A stretch of 64,000 nucleotides of DNA from Thermodesulfobacteriota bacterium (GCA_964291405.2 OZ219926.1:2272001-2336000); one strand, 5' to 3'. Positions 37,438 through 47,794 are shown, counted from the stretch's first letter. Notes: a model not told the origin generated them from the letters alone. Numbers and translations: made by a program.

Positions 37438-37495
37438 GGGGGTTGGGGATTAGGGGTTAGGGACTGGGGAGCCCCAACCCCCAACCCCTAATCCC
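37438..37495. repeat. Inverted array of G-rich heptamers (STRR-like)
   Basis: GGGGTTG GGGATTA GGGGTTA GGGACTG GGGA followed by the complementary CCCCAA CCCCCAA CCCCTAA TCCC. Confidence 0.75.
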
Positions 37496-37501
37496 TTCTT
37501 G

Positions 37502-38713
37502 TTACACCACGTGTTTTTCGCGGAGCTGGGCGATCTGCTCGGCACTCAGGCCCACATCGCTCAGAACTTCGTCCGTATGCTGTCCGAGCGCGGGAGCAAA
37601 GGAGCGGATCGATCCGGGTGTGTCCGACAGCTTAATGGCCACGCCAGCCTGGGTCACTTTTCCGGCTTGGGGATGATCGAGCTCGACTGCCATCTCGCGA
37701 TGTTTCACCTGTGGGTCTTCAAAGACTTCAGGTACATCGTAGACTTTTCCGACACACACATCGGCTTGGGTAAAAAAATCGTACCACTCGTCACGTGTTT
37801 TGGTGAGCAGAATATCCTGGAGTTCTTTTTTCACCTGCTGATGACGCTCGGTTGAATGCTGAGAGAAGTCTCCCATCTTCATGCCGCAGTCCTTCCAATC
37901 CGGGCGGTCCAGGGCGTCACAGACATTATTCCACAGCCAGGGCTCGGTGCAGCCGATGGAGAGCTGTTTGCCGTCTTTGGTTTGATACACGCTGTAATAG
38001 GCGAATCCGCCGCCAAAGACCCCCTTGGCCCGACCTGGCATCGTACCATCGGCAAAATAATCGCGGACATTCGGCGTGGCCGCAAGCAACGAAATCGTGG
38101 TGTCCAGGTAAGAAACATCAACCAACTGCCCCTGGCCGGTCTGTTGTCTGGCAAACAGGGCAAACATGATACCAAGCGCGCCGTGCATAGAGGCTCCAGC
38201 ATAGTCGGCAATAATATTCAGCGGAATGGAGGGCGGACCTTCGGGTGGTCCAATCAGGTCCAGCACTCCGCTCAAAGAGAGATAATTCAGGTCGTGGGCC
38301 GGAAAATTACGGTACGGGCCGTCCTGGCCGTAGCCGCTCAAAGAGCAGTAGACGATGCCGGGGTTGATGGCCCGCAGGGTCTCATAGTCGCCGCCCAGCC
38401 GCTGCATCACACCGGGTCGGAAGCCTTCGACCAGCACATCATACTCTTTGGCCAAGGCGTGCAGAACGTCTTGTCCGGCCGGATCCTTCAAATTCAAGGT
38501 GAGGCTCTTTTTGTTCCGATTCGTGAAGCTGGTGGCCAGTTTGCGGGCCTCGTCCAGCTTGGGTGACGCGCCCGAGCCGGCCAGCTTCCCGGTGGGGGGC
38601 GGCTCGATTTTTAATACCTCGGCACCCATGTCCGCCAACATCATGGTACAGAATGCACCCGGCCCGACCCGTGTAAGTTCAAGAACTTTTATGCCATCAA
38701 GCGCTAATGCCAT
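37502..38713 (-). CDS. CaiB/BaiF family III CoA-transferase (AMACR-like)
   Basis: LADMGAEVLKIE, NRNKKS, EGFRPGVMQRLG, HDLNY, IADYAG. Confidence 0.92.
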   Translation of the reverse strand: MALALDGIKVLELTRVGPGAFCTMMLADMGAEVLKIEPPPTGKLAGSGASPKLDEARKLATSFTNRNKKSLTLNLKDPAGQDVLHALAKEYDVLVEGFRPGVMQRLGGDYETLRAINPGIVYCSLSGYGQDGPYRNFPAHDLNYLSLSGVLDLIGPPEGPPSIPLNIIADYAGASMHGALGIMFALFARQQTGQGQLVDVSYLDTTISLLAATPNVRDYFADGTMPGRAKGVFGGGFAYYSVYQTKDGKQLSIGCTEPWLWNNVCDALDRPDWKDCGMKMGDFSQHSTERHQQVKKELQDILLTKTRDEWYDFFTQADVCVGKVYDVPEVFEDPQVKHREMAVELDHPQAGKVTQAGVAIKLSDTPGSIRSFAPALGQHTDEVLSDVGLSAEQIAQLREKHVV

Positions 38714-38879
38714 GCTTCCCTCCTTACGAGAATGAAGAGTATTGTCGGGGACTGTTATAAACGATCCATCCATACGGGCGCTAGAGGTCTGTGGGGGGCA
38801 GGCTTCGGAATTGAGGCCCTCCTCCCTATCTGCTAGCCTAAGATTTCTCTCCTGAAGAGAGCACTAAAGGATCAGGCTG

Positions 38880-40004
38880 GTGACTCCGCAAGAAAAACTG
38901 CAAAAAATCCGTGCAGAACTCCAACATCGCTTTCTCGAACGACACGCCCTCATCGACGGCGCGCTGGCGGCCTTATTAGCATCCCAGCACGTCCTCATTA
39001 TCGGCCCTCCGGGGACGGCCAAGTCGATGCTGGCGGACGAGTTGTGTCGCCGTATTACCGGGGCGCGCTATTTCCAGTGGTTGCTGACGAAATTCACGAC
39101 ACCGGAAGAACTCTTTGGAGCGGTCAGCCTCAAAGCGCTCGAAGCCGACGACTATCGCCGGGTCACGGATAATAAACTGCCCGAGGCGCATATTGCCTTC
39201 TTGGACGAAGTCTTCAAATCCAGCTCCTCGATCTTGAATGCGATCCTCAGCATTATTAACGAGCGGGTCTTTCATAATGGCAAAGAGGCAGCGGCAGTGC
39301 CGCTCCTGACACTCTTCGGGGCGAGCAATGAACTTCCCGAGGACGACGAACTCCTTGCGCTGTACGACCGCTTCCTGCTGCGCTTCGCCGTGGACTATAT
39401 CCAGGAGGATTTTCGCTTTCGCTTTCTGCACATGCTTCAGGCGCAGCGACCGGCTGAACGCACGACGCTGACCCTCGACGAGCTGCGTCAATTGCAAACT
39501 GAGGCGCAAGCCGTCACCGTTCCCGATGCTGTTCTTGGGGTCATCGCCGAGGTCCGCCGGGAGCTGCGGACACAAGATATTCTGGCGTCCGACCGTCGCT
39601 ACCGCCAGAGTGTCGGTCTGCTGCAAGCCGTGGCCAGCCTGGATGGACGCCATGTCGTTACCGAAACCGATGTCTTCTTCCTTGAACACGTTTTGTGGAA
39701 GGAGCCGTCAGAGCAGGCCGCCGTGCATACCGTGATCCATGGCTTGATTCATGGCTATGAGGATGAGGTGCAGGAGCTCCTGTTTCAGACCAGGGAGTTG
39801 CGCGACTATGCCGAGCGGCCCTGGGAGGACGCCGAGCAGCGCGCCCGCGCGATCATCGAGGCGCATACCAAAATTCGGAATATTCTGGTCAAGGTGGAGG
39901 AGATCCACCAACATGTCCAGGAGGTCGGACGCGCCATTGATAAGGTTGAACGGGCGAAACGAGAGATTCAAGAAATCCAGGGCCAGTTATTGGAACGGCT
40001 CTAA
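38880..40004 (+). CDS. RavA-like MoxR AAA+ ATPase
   Basis: GPPGTAKS, LLTKFTTPEELFG, FLDEVFK, GASNELPE, ALYDRF. Confidence 0.9.
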   Translation: MTPQEKLQKIRAELQHRFLERHALIDGALAALLASQHVLIIGPPGTAKSMLADELCRRITGARYFQWLLTKFTTPEELFGAVSLKALEADDYRRVTDNKLPEAHIAFLDEVFKSSSSILNAILSIINERVFHNGKEAAAVPLLTLFGASNELPEDDELLALYDRFLLRFAVDYIQEDFRFRFLHMLQAQRPAERTTLTLDELRQLQTEAQAVTVPDAVLGVIAEVRRELRTQDILASDRRYRQSVGLLQAVASLDGRHVVTETDVFFLEHVLWKEPSEQAAVHTVIHGLIHGYEDEVQELLFQTRELRDYAERPWEDAEQRARAIIEAHTKIRNILVKVEEIHQHVQEVGRAIDKVERAKREIQEIQGQLLERL

Positions 40005-40022
40005 GCCCTCCGAAATATTATC

Positions 40023-41618
40023 ATGCCACGCCGCCGTGCCAAGAAAAAATCCCGGTTCAGCCTCCCGCCACCGGAGCCCCTGCCGGATAATGTGTATTGG
40101 GTTGAGAGCGACTCGTATGACCGGGCGGTCTATGAGCAACTCCGCGTCGCCTCCCCCTCTTTACAGCGCCTTGAAGAGAGCGGGGCGCCTCTTCTACCGC
40201 ATTTTCCTGCGCTCTTGCGCGACCTTTTTTGCGCGCTCTTCAAATATAACGTCGTCTTTTTTAAAGCGGACGACGTGCTCCCCAGCGCGGCGGTGAACCG
40301 GGAGTTACTCACCGCGCTGCATAGCGGCGAGTTGGCGAACCTGCTGCGAGAGGCCACCATCCTGGATGAAGGGCAGGCCGGGCTGGCCACCGTGCTCTTG
40401 GGCGAAGGCGCCCTCCGCGTGCTGAAATCCGAAAAGCCGCTGACCCGGCGCGACTTACTCGATGTCTGGAACGTAGAAAAGCAGGAAGCGCTGGCACAGC
40501 AGAACATCGACGAAGCCCAGAATGCAAAAGAACTCGCTGAACAAGCGGATACTGCTGAGGATATATCACAAGAAGTCACAGAGATGCTCGAACAGACGGC
40601 CGAGCGTATGGCCAGTCAGGCACGGGCGGAAGACACCCGGCTGCAACGCCTGGCCAAACAGCTCAACCAAGACCTGTCCCGTGTACAGCAGGAAACCCAC
40701 AATCGTTTTCTCAAAGAAGCGATTGCGGTTGCCCAAAATCTCGATGACGCGACCCAGGAGGCCGAGTCGTGGGGGCTGGTCGTGGGTGGTGGCCATCAAT
40801 CTTCCCCCGGCCGCCAGATTGAGCTGGGCAAGCGGCTGGCTGGGAACGACAAGCTGAAAAAGCTCGCCACCATGGTCGGGCGGATGAAGCACCAGGCGCT
40901 CGCCCTGCGTCGGAAAGACTTTGAACGCACCAATGACGAGGTCTTCGAGGTGGGAGTCGGGGCGGAACTCAGCCGCTTGCTCCCCCACGAGTTGCTGAGC
41001 TTGCAACACCCCCTGTTACGCCAGGACTTTATCCGGCGCTTTGTGGATAGCGAGCTTTTACAGTACGACCTGCGCGGGGTGGAGGCGCAGGGCAAAGGCC
41101 CGCTTATCGTCTGCCTCGACGGCAGCTCATCCATGCAGGGAGACAAAGAAGTCTGGGCCAAGGCGCTCACGTTGACGCTGCTTGAGATTGCCCGGCGCGA
41201 ACGGCGCCGGTTTCGAGCGATTTGTTTCTCGTCCGCGGACGCACCCCTGTACAGCGTCGATCTCAATACGCGGGTGCGCTATGAAGCGGACATGGACAAG
41301 GTTCTGGAGCTAGCCGAATACTTCCCCGGCGGTGGGACCGATTTTGAAAAACCCCTTGACGCGGCCCTGGAGTGCATCCAGGAATCTCGTTTCCAGCGGA
41401 GTGATATCGTGTTTATTACCGACGGCGAATGCCGGGTCCATGCAGACTGGGCTGAACGCTTTACCACGGAGAAGAACGCGCTCGGCTTCTCGCTCTTCTC
41501 GATTCTGATCGACATTGGCACCAGCTCGCTTGGTTCGCTCAAACCTTTCAGCGATAAAATTACGACGGTCTCGCAGCTGACTAGTAAAGAGGCCAGAGAC
41601 GTGTTTGTCAAATTGTAG
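40023..41618 (+). CDS. ViaA-like vWA-domain protein
   Basis: LSRLLPHEL, KGPLIVCLDGSSSM, GGGTDF, VFITDG. Follows the RavA-like ATPase. Confidence 0.88.
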   Translation: MPRRRAKKKSRFSLPPPEPLPDNVYWVESDSYDRAVYEQLRVASPSLQRLEESGAPLLPHFPALLRDLFCALFKYNVVFFKADDVLPSAAVNRELLTALHSGELANLLREATILDEGQAGLATVLLGEGALRVLKSEKPLTRRDLLDVWNVEKQEALAQQNIDEAQNAKELAEQADTAEDISQEVTEMLEQTAERMASQARAEDTRLQRLAKQLNQDLSRVQQETHNRFLKEAIAVAQNLDDATQEAESWGLVVGGGHQSSPGRQIELGKRLAGNDKLKKLATMVGRMKHQALALRRKDFERTNDEVFEVGVGAELSRLLPHELLSLQHPLLRQDFIRRFVDSELLQYDLRGVEAQGKGPLIVCLDGSSSMQGDKEVWAKALTLTLLEIARRERRRFRAICFSSADAPLYSVDLNTRVRYEADMDKVLELAEYFPGGGTDFEKPLDAALECIQESRFQRSDIVFITDGECRVHADWAERFTTEKNALGFSLFSILIDIGTSSLGSLKPFSDKITTVSQLTSKEARDVFVKL

Positions 41619-41640
41619 CGAGGAGAGGGAGCGCTCCGGT

Positions 41641-42837
41641 ATGACTGCCTTGGCTGGACTGCGGATTCTTGACCTGACCGACCTCAAAGGGGCCATGTGC
41701 GCCAAACTCTTTGGCGATATGGGGGCGGATGTCCTCAAGATCGAGCCACCGGAGGGGGATGCCACGCGTCGCATTGGTCCGTTTCTCGATGGCCAACCGC
41801 ACCTCGAGCGGAGCCTGCTGTTTTGGTTCTATAATACCAGCAAACGGGGCATCACCCTCGATCTGAACCAGCAAGCCGGCCAGGAGTTGGCCAAGCAGTT
41901 AGCAGCAAAGGCGGACGTGCTGGTTGAGTCAGCCGCGCCAGGGACACTCGCCCGGCTCGGCCTGGGCTATGATGAGTTGAAGCAGCTCAACCCAAATCTG
42001 GTGCTCACCTCGATTACGCCTTTTGGACAGACCGGACCTTACCAATCCTACCGCTCCTCGGACATAGTGGCCGAGGCCCTTGGCGGCATGATCTGGACCA
42101 ACGGGTTTCCCGATGAGCCGCCGCTGCACGCCATGGGCCTGCAAGCCTACCATAGCGCCTCCTTTTTTGCCGCGATCGGTACGCTGTTGGCCCTGTTGAC
42201 GCGGGATAGCCTCGGCGAGGGTCAGTGGGTGGACGTCAGCATACAGGAAGCCGTTGCCGGGGCCGTGGAACATGTGGCGCCGTTTTATCATCAGGGGCTG
42301 GGCATTGAGAGCCGGCGCGGCAGCCTGCACTGGAGCCGCTATTTTCGCGTGGCTCGGTGTCGTGACGGCTACGTCATGCACTGCTCGTTGGGGGATTGGA
42401 CCTCGCTGGTCGAATGGGTCAAGGGCGATAAAAAGGCCCAGGATCTTGAGGATGCACGCTGGGAAGATCTGGTCTATCGAAGGGAGCATGCCGAACACCT
42501 GTTCGATATCCTTGATGACTGGGCCAAGGACTACAGCGTAGCTGAACTCATGGAAGGCGCCCAACTCCGGCGCATTCCGTATGCCATGGTCCAACCACCC
42601 GAAGCCTTAGTGGACGATCCCCAGTTGAACGACCGTGGCTTTTTCTCCACTATCGAGCATCCAGAGTTGGGCCGAACCGTGCAATACCCCGGTGGTCCCA
42701 TTCATTTTACGGTGACACCATCGCGCATTGCCCGCCGTCCGCCCCTCCTGGGCGAACACAACAGTGAGGTATATGGTAACGATCTCGGACTTGGGGCGAA
42801 CCGCCTCTCAGCTCTGAAGCAGGCAGGCGTGATTTGA
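41641..42837 (+). CDS. CaiB/BaiF family III CoA-transferase (type lacking the obvious catalytic Asp)
   Basis: LAGLRILDL, GDMGADVLKIEP, NTSKRGITLDL, PLLGEHN. Confidence 0.9.
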   Translation: MTALAGLRILDLTDLKGAMCAKLFGDMGADVLKIEPPEGDATRRIGPFLDGQPHLERSLLFWFYNTSKRGITLDLNQQAGQELAKQLAAKADVLVESAAPGTLARLGLGYDELKQLNPNLVLTSITPFGQTGPYQSYRSSDIVAEALGGMIWTNGFPDEPPLHAMGLQAYHSASFFAAIGTLLALLTRDSLGEGQWVDVSIQEAVAGAVEHVAPFYHQGLGIESRRGSLHWSRYFRVARCRDGYVMHCSLGDWTSLVEWVKGDKKAQDLEDARWEDLVYRREHAEHLFDILDDWAKDYSVAELMEGAQLRRIPYAMVQPPEALVDDPQLNDRGFFSTIEHPELGRTVQYPGGPIHFTVTPSRIARRPPLLGEHNSEVYGNDLGLGANRLSALKQAGVI

Positions 42838-42843
42838 GCTATA

Positions 42844-43725
42844 ATGTCCCATAGTCCAGATGGCCTGACTCAGTCCAAAGAAAAGAGCTCTCTCAAAGTG
42901 AAACCGATACCTGTGATTGCCGCTCTCCTCATCGTGGCCAGTCTGGTTTCCATTCGAACAGATTCCCTCCGTACCGGAGAAAAGAGTAAGCGTGTCCAGT
43001 ATCCCATGTCTAGTGGAGGACACGTTTACTCTTCTGAGACCGCTTCTCCTGTGAGCGCTTGGCAACAAGTCGCTACCCTCTTTCCGCATACACCTGGCAG
43101 CCGCTGGGTCTATCGGCTGTCCGGCGCGTGGTATGAGACCGAGGCTGAGCTCAGCGTGGAGGTGAAAGGACGGCAGCATATCCCGTACCTCCAGCGTGAC
43201 GCCGTGATACTGGACGAAGCCCACCCCGGCGTCACGCCGACCGCACCCAAGGATATCCTGCCGATCTTATACTACTTCCATGAGGGCTATCTGGTCCGGA
43301 ACAGCAACCATGCCTACGGTGATAATGAGCACACGAACTTAGTCTCAACCGGGACCATAGGCGAATCGTTTGCACCCGTCTTGCCGCCCGACCTCACCAG
43401 CCAGAGCGTAAACCCAAGTGAAGAGTGGCAAGAGGTCTGGGTAGGCGCATGGGCCGAAGAGGCTCAGCTCTCGACGCTCTACCGCTTTGGACCGGAGCAG
43501 GAGCCGGTGGTGGTCACGGCCGGGACGTACACCGACTGTCTGCGGGTGGAGACTCAACTTGTCCGGACGAGCGGACGCGGTTTTCACTATACGGAATGGT
43601 ACACTCCTGGCGTCGGCATGGTGAAAAGTACCGCCACCGATCTGGTGAGCGGAAAAATTGTTGAACAAAAGGAACTGGTTACGTTTCAACTTGTGCAGGG
43701 TAAAACCGAGGAAAAGAACAGCTAG
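42844..43725 (+). CDS. Hypothetical membrane-anchored/exported beta-rich protein
   Basis: N-terminal hydrophobic segment, LFP..GSRWVY, VTAGTYTDCLRV, WYTPGVGMVK. Confidence 0.7.
   Translation: MSHSPDGLTQSKEKSSLKVKPIPVIAALLIVASLVSIRTDSLRTGEKSKRVQYPMSSGGHVYSSETASPVSAWQQVATLFPHTPGSRWVYRLSGAWYETEAELSVEVKGRQHIPYLQRDAVILDEAHPGVTPTAPKDILPILYYFHEGYLVRNSNHAYGDNEHTNLVSTGTIGESFAPVLPPDLTSQSVNPSEEWQEVWVGAWAEEAQLSTLYRFGPEQEPVVVTAGTYTDCLRVETQLVRTSGRGFHYTEWYTPGVGMVKSTATDLVSGKIVEQKELVTFQLVQGKTEEKNS
42981..43034. mobile_element. 54-bp palindromic element, copy 3 (in-frame in the hypothetical ORF)
   Basis: AAAGAGTAAGCGTGTCC-20 nt-GGACACGTTTACTCTTC. The spacer is 17/20 identical to the reverse complement of the copy 4 spacer. 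Confidence 0.85.
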
Positions 43726-43824
43726 GATTCCGGGGGATGTAGAGAAGAATCGTGAGTCTGCTAGAATGACAATATTGTCCATTTTGATCGTACTGTATTT
43801 ATCCAGGAGAGAGAAAACAGCGTC

Positions 43825-44718
43825 ATGAGCGAGCCCATTATCCTAACAACAAGTGTAGAGGGACTTCCTCCACCCCGCCGCGGAAAGGTCCGTGATATTT
43901 ACGAAACCGACGACTATCTGTTGATCGTTGCAACCGACCGGGTCTCGGCCTTTGATGTCGTGCTGCACGAAGGCATACCGGGCAAGGGGCGGATCCTGAC
44001 CCAGGTGTCCCGCTTTTGGTTTGACCGCCTGGCCGACATTGTGCCGCACCATCTCATTTCGGTTGACGTGGATACGTTTCCGGCTGTGTTTCAGTCCACC
44101 CGTGACAGCCTGGCCGGTCGCTCCATGTTGGTCAAAAAAGCGGAACCGCTACCGGTTGAGTGTATCGTTCGGGGCTATCTGGCCGGGTCCGGCTGGCAGG
44201 AATATCGGGCGAGTGGAACCGTGTGCAGCATTCCGCTGCCCTCAGGATTAGAGGAGAGCGCCCGGTTGCCCGAGCCCATCTTTACCCCCTCAACCAAGGC
44301 CCCGCAGGGCGAACACGACGAGAATATCGCCTTTGCGGAAGTCGAACGCCTCATTGGCACGGACCTGGCAGCCCAGGTGCGGGACCTCAGCCTGGCCCTG
44401 TACAAGAACGCCCACGCCTATGCGGAAACCAAAGGCTTTTTCCTGGCGGACACCAAATTCGAGTTTGGCCAGTGCGACGGTCAGCTCATTCTTATTGATG
44501 AAGCCTTTACGCCGGACTCGTCGCGCTTTTGGCGGAGCGAAATCTATCAGCCCGGTAAATCCCAGGACAGCTATGACAAGCAGATTATTCGGAATTATCT
44601 GATTTCCCTGGGTTGGGACCGCAGACCGCCCGCTCCGCATCTGCCGCAGAAGATTATCGATCAGGCGGCCTCCCGCTACCAGGAAATCTACGAAAACCTG
44701 ACTGCTACAGACGGCTAA
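43825..44718 (+). CDS. purC: SAICAR synthetase
   Basis: RGKVRDIY, TDRVSAFD, ECIVRGY, FTPSTKA, DTKFEFG, TPDSSRFW. Confidence 0.96.
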   Translation: MSEPIILTTSVEGLPPPRRGKVRDIYETDDYLLIVATDRVSAFDVVLHEGIPGKGRILTQVSRFWFDRLADIVPHHLISVDVDTFPAVFQSTRDSLAGRSMLVKKAEPLPVECIVRGYLAGSGWQEYRASGTVCSIPLPSGLEESARLPEPIFTPSTKAPQGEHDENIAFAEVERLIGTDLAAQVRDLSLALYKNAHAYAETKGFFLADTKFEFGQCDGQLILIDEAFTPDSSRFWRSEIYQPGKSQDSYDKQIIRNYLISLGWDRRPPAPHLPQKIIDQAASRYQEIYENLTATDG

Positions 44719-44734
44719 GCCTACGAGCATAAAC

Positions 44735-45691
44735 ATGGCATCCGGTATCGGCCTCTGGATCGGTTTCACCCTGATTGTTCTCGGCCTGCTGTTCCTGGAC
44801 CTGGGAGTCTTCCATCGTGAAGCGCGTGAAGTGTCGCGCAAAGAAGCCGGTATATGGAGCACGGTCTGGATCGGCCTCGCCCTGGTCTTTAACGCCTGGA
44901 TTTATTATACCAGCGGCTCGGAGCCGGCCCTGGAATTTCTCGCCGGCTATTTGATCGAAAAATCGCTCAGCGTGGACAATATTTTTGTCTTCTTGCTGAT
45001 TTTCTCCTATTTTTCCGTTCCCTTGGCCTACCAACATCGCATTCTGTTCTGGGGGATTCTGGGCGCACTCATCATGCGCGGGATTTTCATTGCCCTCGGA
45101 GCGACGCTGCTGCACTATTTTCACTGGATCATCTATCTCTTCGGCGCTTTCCTGATCTTCACCGGGGTCAAGATTGCCGTTTCGGATGAGACCGAATCCG
45201 ACCCGGAGGATAATCCGGCCATTCGACTCTTACGGCGCATTCTGCCGGTCACGGACAAATACGAGGGTCAACACTTCTTCGTCCGGCATCAGGGGAAGCT
45301 CTTTGCCACCCCTCTCCTGGTCGTCCTCGTTTCCGTAGAAAGCACGGACTTGGTCTTTGCGATCGACTCGATTCCTGCCATTTTTGCCGTCACCGACGAC
45401 CCCTTCATCGTCTACACCTCAAACGTCTTTGCCATTCTGGGCCTGCGCGCCCTCTACTTCCTGATTGCCGGCGTGCTCGATCTGTTTGTCTATCTACGCA
45501 TCGGCCTGGGCGTGGTGCTGGGCTTTGTTGGCGTCAAAATGCTCCTGGTTGACGTGTATCCCATCCCGATTGGCCTCTCTCTGGGCGTGATCGCGCTTGT
45601 CCTGACCGCGACGATCGTTGCTTCGCTGCTCTTTCCGCCCTCCGAGCCGGAGAGCCCTCAGTCCAAGGAAGATATTTCTGAGGCGGTCTAG
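44735..45691 (+). CDS. TerC/Alx family membrane protein
   Basis: EKSLSVDNIFVF, DLVFAIDSIPA, FAILGLRALYF. Confidence 0.93.
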   Translation: MASGIGLWIGFTLIVLGLLFLDLGVFHREAREVSRKEAGIWSTVWIGLALVFNAWIYYTSGSEPALEFLAGYLIEKSLSVDNIFVFLLIFSYFSVPLAYQHRILFWGILGALIMRGIFIALGATLLHYFHWIIYLFGAFLIFTGVKIAVSDETESDPEDNPAIRLLRRILPVTDKYEGQHFFVRHQGKLFATPLLVVLVSVESTDLVFAIDSIPAIFAVTDDPFIVYTSNVFAILGLRALYFLIAGVLDLFVYLRIGLGVVLGFVGVKMLLVDVYPIPIGLSLGVIALVLTATIVASLLFPPSEPESPQSKEDISEAV

Positions 45692-45699
45692 GTTGCCCC

Positions 45700-46947
45700 A
45701 TGTCCCCCCCACAAAAAGGCCGACGCGCGCTTGAAGGCGTCCGCATTCTTGATTTCACCTGGGTGGTCGCCGGTCCGGTCGCGGTCCGTATCCTGGCCGA
45801 TCAGGGTGCCGAGATCATTAAAATCGAGCGGCGCGATACGTTGGACTTGGGGACACGGCGCGGCGGCTTTTCCGGCAATTTGCACCGGGGTAAGGAGAGT
45901 ACGGTTATCAATATGGCCGACCCGCGTGGGATTGAGATCGCCCAAAAACTCGCAGCTATATCGGATGTCGTGATCGACAATTTCAGCGCACGGGTCATGC
46001 GTAACTGGGGGCTCGACTATGAGAGCCTCAAAAAAATCAAGCCCGATATTATTGCGGTCTCCATGTCCGGCTTTGGGCATACCGGGCCGCACAAGGATTA
46101 TGTCAGTTATGGGCCGACGCTCCAGGCTTTGTCCGGCTATACGCTCCAGATGCGTCATCCCGGTCACGAGCCGGCTGGCTGGGGCTATTCGTATGCGGAC
46201 ATGACCGGTGGCTATAGCGGCGCGCTGGCCGTATTGATGGCCCTGTGGCATCGCAAACAAACCGGTCAGGGGCAATTCGTTGACCTGGCACAATTTGAGG
46301 CTATTTCCAGTCTGGTTGGGCCAGGCTTGCTCGACATCCTGAATAATCAGACGCCCAGTGAGCCGGTCGGCAATCGTTCCCAGGAAGCGGCGGCAGCGCC
46401 GCACGGGGTGTATCGCTGCAAAGGTGACGACCGCTGGTGCGCGATTGCCGTCTTCACCGAAGCAGAGTGGCAGAGTCTGTGCCATGTCTTGGGGCAACCG
46501 GCCTGGACGCGCGAGACACGCTTTGCCACTCTTGCAGACCGTCTCCAACATCAAAACGCTTTGGACGCCCAGATTGAAGCCTGGACGCAGCAGCATACGG
46601 CAGAAGAAGTCATGACCCGCCTGCAAGAAGCCGGTGTCGCCGCTGGCGTGGTTGCCAACGGGGAAGATTTGGACCACGACCCGCAACTGCGGGCGCGAGG
46701 ATATTGGGCGCAGTTGCCGGCTCAGGAAGGCGGAAAGACAGAAGATGTCATACTCGACGGGCCGCCGTTCAAACTCTCGAAGACGCCAGGCTACGTGGCC
46801 ACCCCAGGCCCGCTGCTGGGCGAGCATACGGATAGCGTGCTTCGCCGCCTGCTCAACTATTCCGATCAGCAGATCGCTCAACTCAAAGCAGAGCGCGTCA
46901 TCGCCTCGCATGCAGAGATTCATGCAGAGCGGACAGCACAGGACTAA
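45700..46947 (+). CDS. CaiB/BaiF family III CoA-transferase
   Basis: RILDFTWVVAGP, DNFS, SYADMTGG (catalytic Asp), PLLGEHT. Confidence 0.92.
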   Translation: MSPPQKGRRALEGVRILDFTWVVAGPVAVRILADQGAEIIKIERRDTLDLGTRRGGFSGNLHRGKESTVINMADPRGIEIAQKLAAISDVVIDNFSARVMRNWGLDYESLKKIKPDIIAVSMSGFGHTGPHKDYVSYGPTLQALSGYTLQMRHPGHEPAGWGYSYADMTGGYSGALAVLMALWHRKQTGQGQFVDLAQFEAISSLVGPGLLDILNNQTPSEPVGNRSQEAAAAPHGVYRCKGDDRWCAIAVFTEAEWQSLCHVLGQPAWTRETRFATLADRLQHQNALDAQIEAWTQQHTAEEVMTRLQEAGVAAGVVANGEDLDHDPQLRARGYWAQLPAQEGGKTEDVILDGPPFKLSKTPGYVATPGPLLGEHTDSVLRRLLNYSDQQIAQLKAERVIASHAEIHAERTAQD

Positions 46948-46958
46948 GGAGGCACCAC

Positions 46959-47741
46959 ATGCCGTTTGCCTCAGTCAATGGGATTGAACTGTATTATGAA
47001 ACCCACGGAACGGGTCCAGCCCTGGTGTTAGCGCACGGTGGAGGGGGGAGTCACCTCAGTTGGTGGCAGCAAGTTCCGGCACTCTCCAAAACGTATCAAG
47101 TGGTAACCTTTGACCATCGGAGCTTCGGCTATTCCCGTGATGTAGCCACCGGCCCAGGCCCACGAGCGTTTGTTGAGGATTTGACCGGCTTACTTGATCA
47201 TCTGGGGATTCAGAGGGCGGCACTTGTGGGGCAGTCCATGGGCGGCTGGACGGTGTGCGGCTTTGCCGCTGCCTGTCCCGAGCGTACCAACGCGCTTACT
47301 TTGTGCGATACCACCGCCGGTATTGAAACGCCGGAGATCGATCAAACGCGCGCCAGCCTGCGTGAACGCGCACAGGGCAATTTGGCCCAGCTTCTCACCA
47401 GCGCATACGCCATGTCTTTTCCTAAGCGTGAACCAGCGCTGTCTTTTCTCTACCAACAGATCTCAGCCCTGAATCAGCACATCTCGCCCAATCTCGTTCC
47501 AACACTGATGAGCCTGTACACCAACGTAGCGCCCATTGTTGAGCACAATATTCCCACCTTACTTGTGGTTGGAGAAGAAGACGTACTGGCTCCACCGCCC
47601 GCCATGCAAAGCATTACGACCCGTATTCCGCAGGCACGTTTTGTAACCGTCCCCAAGGCTGGCCATTCCGCGTACTTTGAACAACCGGCGGTTTTTAACC
47701 GCTTGGTGGATGAGTTCGTACGAGAAAACCAGCCGTTGTGA
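46959..47741 (+). CDS. Alpha/beta fold hydrolase
   Basis: HGGGG, DHRSFG, GQSMGG nucleophile elbow, GEED, AGHS. Confidence 0.92.
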   Translation: MPFASVNGIELYYETHGTGPALVLAHGGGGSHLSWWQQVPALSKTYQVVTFDHRSFGYSRDVATGPGPRAFVEDLTGLLDHLGIQRAALVGQSMGGWTVCGFAAACPERTNALTLCDTTAGIETPEIDQTRASLRERAQGNLAQLLTSAYAMSFPKREPALSFLYQQISALNQHISPNLVPTLMSLYTNVAPIVEHNIPTLLVVGEEDVLAPPPAMQSITTRIPQARFVTVPKAGHSAYFEQPAVFNRLVDEFVRENQPL

Positions 47742-47794
47742 CCGGCAGGGGCGGAAGTCGTCCACGTTGATTTATGGACCAAAGCGGACGGATT

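Noticed and set aside
45688-46923. 411-aa minus-strand ORF
   Set aside because: It is the antisense shadow of a well-supported CoA-transferase and has no recognisable motifs.
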